IMG/VR virus record: IMGVR_UViG_3300033997_000092
Span: 197,033 to 261,032 of that record
Length of the DNA: 64,000 nucleotides
Direction: 5' to 3' (one strand)
The stretch's first letter is position 1; each line of letters starts with the position of its first letter. Below the pieces are notes generated by a model. That model worked only from the letters and a program-made list of their open reading frames with translations. It was not told where the DNA came from and did no database searches. A program made the position numbers and the translations under genes. Shown here in pieces: positions 30,301 to 39,049 of the stretch.

Positions 30301-31978
30301 AATCTATCTGTGGAAATTCCACATTCAAATAGTCTGTTTTCTTTATCGTTTCTTCCTTGTCCACATATATAAAATCGAGGACCAACTTATAGTCTTCACC
30401 GGCGGCTGTAGCAAGGAAAATGTTCTGATCGTTTACTTCGACCATGCCTACACGCGAAGATACCAAGAAGCCTTCGCTAACAACGCTGCCATCAGAAAAC
30501 AATATGTCGGCGTACACTTTGTAGTAGTTGCCTTGATTGAAGTCTGTTACAGTAGTCTCTGTTGCAATATTACCGTACTGGTCAAATGTAACCAAAGTGT
30601 AGGCAGGCTGTATTTCTACAGGAATAGGACTTACCAAATTCTCGACTATCAGAATTTGCTTGTTAGCACTCAACTCAGCACCATCAAAAGCACGATACAG
30701 GACCTGCATCAATACATTCTGGTCTTGGATAACACGTTTAGCCCGGATAGTAGATGTGTCCAACTCCGCATACTGGTCGCTGTCCAGTGACCACACGATG
30801 TTTTCAGTGTCTTGAATAGTGAAAGTGTTGTTGCCTATCTTACCTAACAACTCATACTTCTCAGATGCACCTGGTTTAAGAACACTGGCACCTTTTATAA
30901 CAAGTGAATCAGGCTTAATCGGAATACCGTACGCCAGCACAACTATGTTCTTGGATATTTCGGTACCCATAAACGTAGCTATTACTGTTGTTGATTGGCT
31001 GATGCCTGTTTGTGGGTCACGAAACATTGTAGTAGGCTTCGTCTGCGTCATTAATCCCGCCGTGTCCGACAGGGTGTTAGGAATCACAGTTGTTACTGTA
31101 GTGTCATCCCAAAACACCTTAACATAGACATTGTATTCCGTAGAAGCTGATACTACGTTTGGTACCATAAGCTCAACACGCTCTATCCCAGGAGTCTCCA
31201 GCCGAGCAAAGTCTTTTGGATAGAACATGGCTGACATACTGACATACAGGTATGTTTTGGAATACAGGCCAATGTAAATATCTTTGATTACTTCTTCTAT
31301 TGGAGCAAACTTGTAGAACAGTTCCGATATTCTGTAATCAACAAGAGCCTCGACTATTTCTGGATCATCTGTGTCAGGATTTAATTCGCGTGACATCAAT
31401 GCCATCAATTGGTTGCCAATAGCTACTTTCTGTGCTTCGTCCAGCTTGTCGTAATCCAGACGGCGACGCACGTACTCCAAATCACCCGCACCCAAGTTGA
31501 TGCTCAGATCTTCTGCTAGGTTAGCTCCATCAACAACAAGGTTAACGTGCGATGTGCTGAACCAACTACCGCCGTCGATATTCAGTTTGCCTGGAACAGG
31601 ACTGAAGTTCACATAGTCTTGAGAAAACAAGTTCTGCACTTGGAATCCGCGGTTCAACAGAAAGCTGATGAATTTTGGATATACAGGAGTGTTGTTAATC
31701 TCGCTGTACTTGGACAGTTGGTAGAAGCCTTTGCGAATATTACTTCCGTTTATCTCAAGGATATCACGGTGAATATCAAAGCCTATGTGCCGAATCATTT
31801 CATCTATAATTTCAGGATTAGTATTCCTGTCGATTGCCCGTAAGTTTTCCAACATACGGATGAACTGTTTGACGTTTTCTTCTGTGTAATCGTGGATGAT
31901 GTCATAGAGTCTGACCCATGCAGGTTCTTCCTCACGCATCAACTCTACCAACATATCAGATAGGCGTTTAGATGTCAT
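27338..31978 (-). CDS. Baseplate wedge subunit (gp7/gpI-like N-terminus) with multiple Ig-like repeats
   Basis: Follows the gp6/J-like gene; repeated I.GP..V.E...F...A.WS.G Ig-like units. Confidence 0.65.
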   Translation of the reverse strand: MTSKRLSDMLVELMREEEPAWVRLYDIIHDYTEENVKQFIRMLENLRAIDRNTNPEIIDEMIRHIGFDIHRDILEINGSNIRKGFYQLSKYSEINNTPVYPKFISFLLNRGFQVQNLFSQDYVNFSPVPGKLNIDGGSWFSTSHVNLVVDGANLAEDLSINLGAGDLEYVRRRLDYDKLDEAQKVAIGNQLMALMSRELNPDTDDPEIVEALVDYRISELFYKFAPIEEVIKDIYIGLYSKTYLYVSMSAMFYPKDFARLETPGIERVELMVPNVVSASTEYNVYVKVFWDDTTVTTVIPNTLSDTAGLMTQTKPTTMFRDPQTGISQSTTVIATFMGTEISKNIVVLAYGIPIKPDSLVIKGASVLKPGASEKYELLGKIGNNTFTIQDTENIVWSLDSDQYAELDTSTIRAKRVIQDQNVLMQVLYRAFDGAELSANKQILIVENLVSPIPVEIQPAYTLVTFDQYGNIATETTVTDFNQGNYYKVYADILFSDGSVVSEGFLVSSRVGMVEVNDQNIFLATAAGEDYKLVLDFIYVDKEETIKKTDYLNVEFPQIDLLSINIEGPDAVVEGRVARFIAIANWSNGQRSIINQADWYSTGGNVDNQDVLNVNIDSTGVAQMPLVTDNSVGLVRVSTQRYTDYQTITAQKFVTIQKNSRDLIGILTDVANTINEGQSVQMRFTARWSTDSRTEVLPTQVIVYGDDALTQILATATNVGNALQFQSFSQIEIENNPDFQFIDAETGLTHPMVMLKYTEGPDKVQGAIHIKAVYTNGNVQQYVVPVVAIPRIPKVERIESTIPLQLAEGNRYFFPTIGYYDNGETQEVNATWMGYDQMGETDNLPININNGQFPLDRIVEALIGIDRTTIEQMAIDNENLSVDQVRKLIQGEPIFANPSNRPVTGQTWPSKLGILMAQYDGVLLNRTLIQTRYIDEDETIQLVGKFYAQEVTQPLTVVNAPLQPHDRIDSYYISGPVEIEANESMMYSYALVMDYDDEGEEYPVSSDWEIDFYRDVDFDQQRELIRYLVEVDGKEDILPMSSDGSGTRVSVDMLSKIDMEEILPIASVVDIDGDGYLYPKMNVDARLILITNYDDGISTLTETLNIYMKKINSILRGLNMKITGPSGLISYDFKSLILDEPNQWAFDSLDGTLYYQLSVDLERTDNPVAGPPPGLVLWRAEPTGNGVSLDEATGRLYIAPQSDDSQVTLVASYTEEFRETEESAEVFTETVEARYVITVTASKALDIIELIGPNFAQDDTVFYPNVRVLRRDGSTAIAADVLSWEIVNGPKGLEVNDRFSFKIPRLDTDTTMTLKAIGREGQREITRDFVFNLLAGFVPEDLLVDANSPGYKDNSVINLVAMLKLRNNPTPIDVTSACIWMLDTKMTGLSIERNTGRLTTPYVEQDTYIDIRCVYVLGGFRQEKKFRILLQSSFSIYWTAGFNVINTTYFNLIWSENKFKRLTSVDTGKFTVLPNSTDYLYFACPKVLVPLRMAAVPSINPDVDWGNLEPGVDVVRTYLDGMTETWIIFKSVKRGFGQAEFSVAFKR

Positions 31979-33431
31979 TCAATGCACCTTTTCTTTCTGT
32001 GTACTTGACTAACACTGTGACTTGGTTAGGCGCAATGTATTCAAGTTTTGACCTGGGTTCAATGGGTTGGATAGGCTCTAATACACGAACATAGTCCAAA
32101 CCTTCGTAGCGTTTCTTATCAGCACCGAATGTAGCAAGGTCTTTCAAGTCGCTGATTTCTAACTTGCGTCCAAGCACACCACGGCGGCGCCTGAAGTAAT
32201 CGGCTATTGCTTGCTCGGTACGGGCTTTCCATGTTTCCCGTGATTGGTCTTCGTTGATGTATACTTCCATGACAATGTTAGTCAGTATGCGCTCTGGGTT
32301 ACATGGCAGTATCATTACATGCTTGTTTTTAATCTTTTCTGCCCATGCCAAGAACTTCGTCCATTGTCCTGATTGAGGGTTAGGATTAGTGCCTCCCCAA
32401 CTGCTTGTGCTTTTCGGCAGCACACATACACGCACTACGTTCATGTAGGTCAAATCATCAGGGGCTATGTCACGCTGGCCTTGAATAACAACGTCAGCCA
32501 CATCCGGGTACATGCCTATATTACCCAACCATGAATCATGTCGATCAAGATTGCGTTTTGATTGGAACACATAAGGTGCGTACATTTTAAGTACGTCTGT
32601 ATCCATCGGCTCACTTCCACCAACAGAAGCTTCGTCAGTGATACCACCTATAGTAGTATCGTTCTCATAGCGTACCCGCACACCGCTGGTTCCGATATTG
32701 CCAGATTCACCAGAAGTAAGAACATATCGTACTACAATACGATCACTGCTATTTAAACGCACACCAAATTGGCCGTTACCGAACATCAAGCTCACATCAC
32801 CTTCAGCGGTTGTGTTTGGAATGTACATGGGTTCATCGGCATCAACATCGAATATGCTGTCGTAAGGAACAAAAGCTTGTCGAGTACCACTTACAGGATT
32901 CTCGCTGTATACAAACATATCGTCCATTGATACAACGTGTCCCGGTACACCAAGTACAATCTCAGGGAAGTCCAAATCCACATTGCCCAAGTTGAATGTT
33001 TTGAGTTGTATGGTACCTTGTCCCATGATTACTTTACGTGATTCACTTGGACGCAACATAACGCTTTCACGGTTGTAGAAAGGCAAACCGTTTATAGTAA
33101 ATGCACTGAACTCGGGAATAGATTTGTTCACAGTGCTGTTGTTGCGTAATGTGACTGTTACCGTGCTGCCTGTCTTACGATTCAGTGTTTGTCCTAAATC
33201 ACGGGCGTTTGCAAGTACGCTGCTTGCACGGCGCGCTCTACGCATAAATGCTTCACGGAAAGCAAAGTTGATATATGCTTGGTTGACTTCAGTGCTACCT
33301 GCTAAGGCATCTGCAATAAAGATAGCCAGGCGGCTTTTGCTTTTATCAGACCATACATAATCGGAGGCAAAGCGTGTAAGGATAGCCTGAACGTGTTCCT
33401 CAAATGACGCTGCGTTTATAATTGGGTTCAT
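31968..33431 (-). CDS. Baseplate wedge protein (T4 gp6/baseplate J-like)
   Basis: REAFMRRARRASSVLANARDLG; LMFGNGQFG; VRYVLTSGESGN; SVGGSEP. Confidence 0.85.
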   Translation of the reverse strand: MNPIINAASFEEHVQAILTRFASDYVWSDKSKSRLAIFIADALAGSTEVNQAYINFAFREAFMRRARRASSVLANARDLGQTLNRKTGSTVTVTLRNNSTVNKSIPEFSAFTINGLPFYNRESVMLRPSESRKVIMGQGTIQLKTFNLGNVDLDFPEIVLGVPGHVVSMDDMFVYSENPVSGTRQAFVPYDSIFDVDADEPMYIPNTTAEGDVSLMFGNGQFGVRLNSSDRIVVRYVLTSGESGNIGTSGVRVRYENDTTIGGITDEASVGGSEPMDTDVLKMYAPYVFQSKRNLDRHDSWLGNIGMYPDVADVVIQGQRDIAPDDLTYMNVVRVCVLPKSTSSWGGTNPNPQSGQWTKFLAWAEKIKNKHVMILPCNPERILTNIVMEVYINEDQSRETWKARTEQAIADYFRRRRGVLGRKLEISDLKDLATFGADKKRYEGLDYVRVLEPIQPIEPRSKLEYIAPNQVTVLVKYTERKGALNDI

Positions 33432-33435
33432 GTTG

Positions 33436-33894
33436 TTATCCTAATTTCTGTAATCCGAATGAAACTTTCTTGCCTGTTACTTCCAAACGTGGAATATCTA
33501 CTTTGAGTTCACACACGTAGGTGCTAGTGCCGTAGTCCATTCCAATATCAATAGTGTCGATGTACACACCAAGGTCACCACTTGCTGTACGGTCGGCTGC
33601 CGTTTGTATAACAGTTAAGATTTCGTCCCGTGTTATTGTGTCGAATGGCTCAAACAACAAGTCCATTAACCTACGCACTCCCCACTCAGGTCTCCACCAG
33701 CGGCTGCCTCTTGGAGTAGATAGTAGCAACAAGAATTGTTGTACTTCTGCTTCGCCGTCATAAACAAACTCGTCACCTTTCTTGCCAATATCAATATTGA
33801 CATCACGGAATACATACGTTCCTTTATTCGTAGTTTCTTCCATTGACTCACGGGCAGCGACCTGTTGTTCATGCGTTTTAATAGTTCTGAACAT
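33436..33894 (-). CDS. Baseplate gp25-like protein
   Basis: LLLLSTPRGSRWWRPEWG...LLFEPFD signature. Confidence 0.85.
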   Translation of the reverse strand: MFRTIKTHEQQVAARESMEETTNKGTYVFRDVNIDIGKKGDEFVYDGEAEVQQFLLLLSTPRGSRWWRPEWGVRRLMDLLFEPFDTITRDEILTVIQTAADRTASGDLGVYIDTIDIGMDYGTSTYVCELKVDIPRLEVTGKKVSFGLQKLG

Positions 33895-34184
33895 TACCCT
33901 GCTCCTACGTTGCTTGAACCACCCATCGAAGTATCTCCACAGGTAGTTTTATCTCCCATACGTGTGACGCCACGTTTATTAACAAAAACTTTGGAAGAAC
34001 CTGTTGCTGTAGGAACGTGACAGCTTCCATTACAGCAGTGTAGCTTGTATTTATCTCCAGTACGCACAGCAGGAAGACCGTTAACAAACACATTGTTACT
34101 GCCTTGAATTGCTGGTACAGGAGGAAAGCAAGGACTGTGTCCCATCGTCATGTCAGGTCCTTTACGGATGACTGGTTTACCCAT
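33894..34184 (-). CDS. PAAR-repeat spike tip protein (T4 gp5.4-like)
   Basis: GH.CFPP...GSNNVFVNGLPAVRTGD...H...GSSKVFVN..GVTRMGD..CGD...GSSNV. Confidence 0.9.
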   Translation of the reverse strand: MGKPVIRKGPDMTMGHSPCFPPVPAIQGSNNVFVNGLPAVRTGDKYKLHCCNGSCHVPTATGSSKVFVNKRGVTRMGDKTTCGDTSMGGSSNVGAG

Positions 34185-34315
34185 GATCTTAGCCTCGGTT
34201 TTCTGTAAATATAAACTAAATTAGCAACTAGGAGGTATTTACAGATGGCTAAGGTGCTGGCTAAGATAATCAAGGTAACTAAAATCCCCTGCTTCCCAAT
34301 GTCCTGGAGTCGAAT
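34185..34315. promoter_or_regulatory. Divergent regulatory region with inverted TCTGTAAATA copies and a CTAATTT motif
   Basis: TCTGTAAATA (34202-34211) and TATTTACAGA (34236-34245); AAATTAG at 34218-34224; lies at the strand switch. Confidence 0.45.
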
Positions 34316-34852
34316 ATGGTAGAAGTTCATGCGTACACCGACGGTTCATGTATCAACAATCCGGGACCAGGCGGCATAGGCATCCACATGAGGAAGCCCG
34401 CTACAAAAAAGAAGAAGAAAATCAGCCTACCGTTCGGTTATACGACAAACAATGAAATGGAATTGATGGCTATATTGATCGCACTTATATCATTAAAGCC
34501 TGGAAAGTTTGTTACAGTGTTCTCCGACAGTGAATATTCTATAAATTGTCTGTGTTTGTGGCACCACGGTTGGGCAGCAAACGGTTGGCGTAAACCAGAA
34601 CACAACAAAAAGCTGATACAAACCATAGTCAAGTGCTTTTACTTTCATCGTGTAGAGTTTGTTAAAGTCAAAGCTCACTCAGGAATCAAGTACAACGAGA
34701 GTGCAGATGCTTTGGCTAGACAGGGCAGCGCTATCGCCCAAAAGAAGCGAAACAGTCCTGATTGTTTTACGTTAGAGCAGTGCCTACAGCAAGCTGAATT
34801 GTACTTTAAGAAATATGCAGGCTTCAAAGCACCAAACATAATAACAGCATAA
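34316..34852 (+). CDS. rnhA: Ribonuclease HI
   Basis: YTDGSC.NNPGPGG, TTNNEMELMA, SDSEY, VKAHSG..YNESADALA catalytic motifs. Confidence 0.95.
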   Translation: MVEVHAYTDGSCINNPGPGGIGIHMRKPATKKKKKISLPFGYTTNNEMELMAILIALISLKPGKFVTVFSDSEYSINCLCLWHHGWAANGWRKPEHNKKLIQTIVKCFYFHRVEFVKVKAHSGIKYNESADALARQGSAIAQKKRNSPDCFTLEQCLQQAELYFKKYAGFKAPNIITA

Positions 34853-34900
34853 CACTAATTTAATCTAGTACAATTAACCAGTACGACCAGGAGAATTATT

Positions 34901-36001
34901 ATGTCTGGAATTAACTTCCAACCAACTTTCATCGTACAATTGGGTGCGAATTCAAGCCAACACCGTGTTGTAGTAAGCGCACCAAGCAAAGGCGCTCCAT
35001 TTACTATAGCTGCAGGTGACGGTACTACTAACGGCCGTGTATTTGCTCCACAAGTAGGCGAAGATCAGTGGGACGCAGAACGTGTCGCATTGTTAGAAGC
35101 TCACCTTAATGCAGCGCTGCCTGGAATCCTGAACAATGTGGATTTATCTAAAGCTGGTGCGGCCGACCACGTAAACCTTATGCTGCGTGGTGTAGCTCAG
35201 TCTTACATGGAAACAACCTTGTTTGACGACAGTGTTGATGATTTGCAGCAAATTGGCGATACTGCTATGACTGAAATCGCTAAGCTGTCCAAGCAAAACA
35301 ATCCTCCTAAGCGTGGACCAGGTTATCCAATTGACCCAGTGGATCCAGAAGAGCCTATCTTTGAAGAAGGTGAGTTGGCTGTCACTATTATGTCTGCACT
35401 GTCTGCCCAGTTCTTGCAGGCTAACGGTACGTTGTTTGTGGGCTCTGGTATCCCAGGCAGCAAGTATAATATTGTCAGCAACGACTTGTTAGAAATCGGC
35501 ATGACTGCACACCGTCGTGGACAGTGGGACACAGGCCGTACATGGGACGAAGATGAAATCAACCTGGATTTAGCTACTACTGTTCCTGCTGATCGCTGGA
35601 ACGTAAGCTGGTCAATCGGTTTGAAAAATCCTGAAGTTGAACTTATTACTGACCTGTTCGACATCGAATTTATCATGGGCCTGCGTAACGACGGTACTCT
35701 GGCTGAAGGCGAATCAATTGTTTATCAACTGGAATACAATCCAGAAAACACTGCGCCGAATAGCCCATACGTGTTTACTGAAACAACAGGTATTATCAAC
35801 AGTATCGTAGATAGCCGTGGTGATGCGGAACTGCGCTGTGTGCAGAACAGTAGCTCCCTGCACTGGGTTAAATCTTCGTTGATTCCTCCTCTGGCTGCCG
35901 ACGCTCCTGTTGAAGGTATCTATGCTGCTCAAATCCGCGCTACCAACAAGCAGACTGGTACCGTGCTGATCAACACCTTGACTGTATCTGCTATGGTGTA
36001 A
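34901..36001 (+). CDS. Two-domain protein, probably virion/head-associated
   Basis: Strong RBS, Pro-rich linker (PGYPIDPVDPEEP), beta-rich C-domain, preceded by CTAATTT like the structural genes. Confidence 0.4.
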   Translation: MSGINFQPTFIVQLGANSSQHRVVVSAPSKGAPFTIAAGDGTTNGRVFAPQVGEDQWDAERVALLEAHLNAALPGILNNVDLSKAGAADHVNLMLRGVAQSYMETTLFDDSVDDLQQIGDTAMTEIAKLSKQNNPPKRGPGYPIDPVDPEEPIFEEGELAVTIMSALSAQFLQANGTLFVGSGIPGSKYNIVSNDLLEIGMTAHRRGQWDTGRTWDEDEINLDLATTVPADRWNVSWSIGLKNPEVELITDLFDIEFIMGLRNDGTLAEGESIVYQLEYNPENTAPNSPYVFTETTGIINSIVDSRGDAELRCVQNSSSLHWVKSSLIPPLAADAPVEGIYAAQIRATNKQTGTVLINTLTVSAMV

Positions 36002-36016
36002 CACAGGAGTCCTGGC

Positions 36017-36304
36017 ATGAGAATTTTTGTTAGCTTGAGTGCTGAACAGTTTTCTGTTACATTGCGTGAAGACGCAGGTATGTCAACAGCACAAATCCGT
36101 GAAAAGATTGATGCTATAAACAAGGAAACTAAATCGAATGCCAGGATAACTTCTATGGCAAAGTCAATTGCCAGTGTTCCCAAGCAGTTTACTATAACAG
36201 GCACTAAACGCGATGTAGTGTTTGTTGCCGCTGGCTGGTACGATACCGATCCAGATGAACATCAGTTGAGCCAAGACTGGAATCTGGATTTCCTTAAAAG
36301 TTAA
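36017..36304 (+). CDS. Small protein with MRIFVSLS leader
   Basis: RBS AGGAG; first 8 aa identical to the next gene. Confidence 0.6.
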   Translation: MRIFVSLSAEQFSVTLREDAGMSTAQIREKIDAINKETKSNARITSMAKSIASVPKQFTITGTKRDVVFVAAGWYDTDPDEHQLSQDWNLDFLKS

Positions 36305-36314
36305 GGAGCGCACT

Positions 36315-36734
36315 ATGCGTATTTTTGTTAGTTTGAGTAAGGCGGACGTGGCGCTCAAACCTGTTACGGGTCCAGGTCTTCCTTATGCAGATTTCGAGGA
36401 TAGATTACTATACGGAGATCCTAAGGATAGCGCTAAATACTTATCTAAATACTTTTCTCTGCCTGTTCAAGGCGCGGATCAGTTTGATGACGGTAACTCT
36501 TTTGCTGGTTGCTGGCTTGAAATTTTAAGTGAAGGTAAGATAAGAACTTTTGCTTTGGTTGTCAAAGACGCAAGCATATCAGAAACAGTTAAGTTTTCAG
36601 GAGCCAAGAACGTAATCTTATTTGAAGTTGAAGATAAGAAACAGTTGTACTTAGGTAAACCTGTTGTCATAGGTAAAGCTTATACTGCCAATCGTGTAGA
36701 TCCACTGATGTATACACTTAAAAATTTTGTGTGA
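36315..36734 (+). CDS. Small protein with MRIFVSLS leader
   Basis: RBS AAGGAG; first 8 aa identical to the previous gene. Confidence 0.6.
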   Translation: MRIFVSLSKADVALKPVTGPGLPYADFEDRLLYGDPKDSAKYLSKYFSLPVQGADQFDDGNSFAGCWLEILSEGKIRTFALVVKDASISETVKFSGAKNVILFEVEDKKQLYLGKPVVIGKAYTANRVDPLMYTLKNFV

Positions 36735-36747
36735 ACCACTTTACTGC

Positions 36748-36783
36748 AAAAACCCACCTCAGCAATGTCGTGGGTTTTTTTTT
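36748..36783 (+). terminator. Rho-independent terminator
   Basis: AAAAACCCAC...GTGGGTTTTTTTTT. Confidence 0.8.
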
Positions 36784-36839
36784 GGTCTCCAAACAGCTTA
36801 AAACACATGATACTGTAAATCAAGTGTAGGAGGAACATT

Positions 36840-37280
36840 ATGATTCAACATGCAAATTTACGTGATATTTTACAACTGCCCTCAGGTCCACTAAAAGAAC
36901 TGTTTATCAGTCCACATGATAAATTCCGCACAATGAATTGCCGTACTGTGGAATGCAGTTTTGAGTATCTGCCACTAACACCGTACACTCAGGCATTTGC
37001 TGAATCCATCTGCGCTTACCTAAACAAGAAATTTGTTGATGGACGTATTCATAAATTCGATGCCGATGATTTCTGTGCTGTCCACGAAGATACAGCCTAT
37101 CCTTACTCCCACACGATCATAGTGTGCTTGGACAAAGACGAAGATGACAGGCTTGTGATCAACGACACTATTGTCCGGGAATACGAAGGCTCAGTTTACG
37201 TGATGCCTCCGTTGACTAGCCACGGTATAGCTAAAGGCAAAAGTTCGCGCATTTCATTCATTATCTGGGCTAACCAGTAA
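36840..37280 (+). CDS. 2OG-Fe(II) oxygenase
   Basis: H-E-D...SHG...SRISF: HxD...H facial triad plus RxS 2-oxoglutarate motif. Confidence 0.75.
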   Translation: MIQHANLRDILQLPSGPLKELFISPHDKFRTMNCRTVECSFEYLPLTPYTQAFAESICAYLNKKFVDGRIHKFDADDFCAVHEDTAYPYSHTIIVCLDKDEDDRLVINDTIVREYEGSVYVMPPLTSHGIAKGKSSRISFIIWANQ

Positions 37281-37315
37281 CTGTAAATAATACTTGTTAA
37301 CAACGGAGATTTATT

Positions 37316-37834
37316 ATGCAACCTAATACTACTGGCGTTCCACAAATAGGCAACGTACTGTTCGCACACAACTTCTACCAACACATCCAAGTACGTACCT
37401 GTGTGCGTTTGGTAATGCTGGATTACGAAAATGACCGTGTTGAAATATCAGCACTGTATCATCGTGAACCTGAGTATCCACCACAGGCATACATTGAGAT
37501 CGCTGTTGGTGTGGACAGCTCTGGCCCTATGCTCGTACACAACGAATTCTTTTTGACTAAACTGGAAGAATCTGGTGCAGTTAAAATGCCCGCTGACTTC
37601 AATATCGACACTATGATTCCTTATATCAAGAGTCGCATTGAAAACTTTGACAACAATCCAGACCATTCAGATTTGCTAGAGCTGGATTATGACGATTTGG
37701 AACGTGACATCAACAATCACATTGCTAATGAAATTCCAGCGTTGCGTGAAGTAACTGAGCGTCTGGTAGACCTGTGTATTAAGTCATACCGTGCACAGAT
37801 GGATTGTATGCAGGCCGATGGTCTGGTAGTGTAG
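37316..37834 (+). CDS. Hypothetical protein
   Basis: RBS GGAG; 172 aa. Confidence 0.55.
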   Translation: MQPNTTGVPQIGNVLFAHNFYQHIQVRTCVRLVMLDYENDRVEISALYHREPEYPPQAYIEIAVGVDSSGPMLVHNEFFLTKLEESGAVKMPADFNIDTMIPYIKSRIENFDNNPDHSDLLELDYDDLERDINNHIANEIPALREVTERLVDLCIKSYRAQMDCMQADGLVV

Positions 37835-37843
37835 GAGAATACA

Positions 37844-39040
37844 ATGAATTTTCAACAATCGAATCCTATTATCATCGGCGGCGATACTGAATTCAATGAA
37901 GTAAACTGGCTCGATAACAGCTATATCATGGCAGCCGACCGTATTATGGTGGAAGGCGTTCGTAGTGGTAATCGCACAGGCGTAAACACTTACAAAGTAT
38001 TCGGCCACTTTATCAATACTAACTTGATGGAAGGCTACCCTCTGCTTACAACAAAGCAAGTATTCACCCGTCCTATGTTCCATGAACTGATTTGGATGTT
38101 GAACGGTGAAACAAATATTCAATACTTGCTGGACAATGATGTACATATTTGGGACGGCTGGGCTAACACTAACGGTGACTTAGGTCCTGTATACGGTGAA
38201 CAGTGGCGTAATCGTGAAGACACTCAGATCCTGATGCGTAACGACCCGTACTACGAACAACGCCTGTCGTACTATGAAAGCAACGGCTACACAAACGTAG
38301 CTACCAACCCAACGCTGGATGTGTACAGCCGTCGCATTGACCAAATTCAGGTAGCATTGGATCGTTTAAAAACAAACCCAGACTGCCGCCGCATTATCGT
38401 AGATGCGTGGAATCCTGGTCTGCTGCCTACAGACGAGCATCCAACAAAACAAGCTGAACAGGGCCGTCAAGCATTACCTGCATGTCATGCGTTCTTCCAA
38501 TTCGGCTCCAGTGAACATCATCGTAACGATATTACTATCGATGACTTAGGCATACTGAACATCTATCGTGTAGGCAACAAAGTCTATATGAGCGGTGTTG
38601 AAATTGATGTCCAGTTGTCTGATGTTGAGCAAATGGATGAAGTAGGTCTGTTGCAGCTTATCCGCCGCTACAAAGATAGCCGTGTTCCATTTAAGCGTAT
38701 GTTAGATACTCACCTGCACTTGCGTAGTAGTGATGTGTTCTTGGGTCTGCCGTTTAATATCAGTTCCTACGCTGCTTTGTCTGGTTTGTTCTGTGCTGTT
38801 CTTGGTATGATACCCCGCGGTCTGACACTCAGCTTTGGTGACATGCACATTTATAGCAACCACGTTGAGCCTTTGCAGAAGCAAGCGAATAACTTGGAAA
38901 ACACTAAGTACCCACCAAAGCTTGTAACTATTGGTGTTGGTCCTGAGCAAAACGCCGATTTGAAGAACCTCAGCATTGATTGTTTCCGTGTGTTGCAATA
39001 CAGTCACTGTGGTAAAATCACAGCCGACGTGGCCGTGTAA
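37844..39040 (+). CDS. thyA: Thymidylate synthase with insertions
   Basis: NRTGVNT, YPLLTTK, IWDGWA..NGDLGPVYGEQWR, RRIIVDAWN, ALPACH, RSSDVFLGLPFN, GDMHIYSNH. Confidence 0.95.
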   Translation: MNFQQSNPIIIGGDTEFNEVNWLDNSYIMAADRIMVEGVRSGNRTGVNTYKVFGHFINTNLMEGYPLLTTKQVFTRPMFHELIWMLNGETNIQYLLDNDVHIWDGWANTNGDLGPVYGEQWRNREDTQILMRNDPYYEQRLSYYESNGYTNVATNPTLDVYSRRIDQIQVALDRLKTNPDCRRIIVDAWNPGLLPTDEHPTKQAEQGRQALPACHAFFQFGSSEHHRNDITIDDLGILNIYRVGNKVYMSGVEIDVQLSDVEQMDEVGLLQLIRRYKDSRVPFKRMLDTHLHLRSSDVFLGLPFNISSYAALSGLFCAVLGMIPRGLTLSFGDMHIYSNHVEPLQKQANNLENTKYPPKLVTIGVGPEQNADLKNLSIDCFRVLQYSHCGKITADVAV

Positions 39041-39049
39041 GGTACAACT

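Noticed and set aside
659-33763. Numerous plus-strand ORFs (e.g. 4418..5083, 20233..20871, 29939..30790) opposite the structural genes, and minus-strand ORFs in the right arm
   Set aside because: They are antisense shadows of longer coherent genes, with no RBS or recognisable motifs
38500-38710. Intron or intein in thyA
   Set aside because: The frame is uninterrupted, and the insert is short and lacks Hint or homing endonuclease motifs
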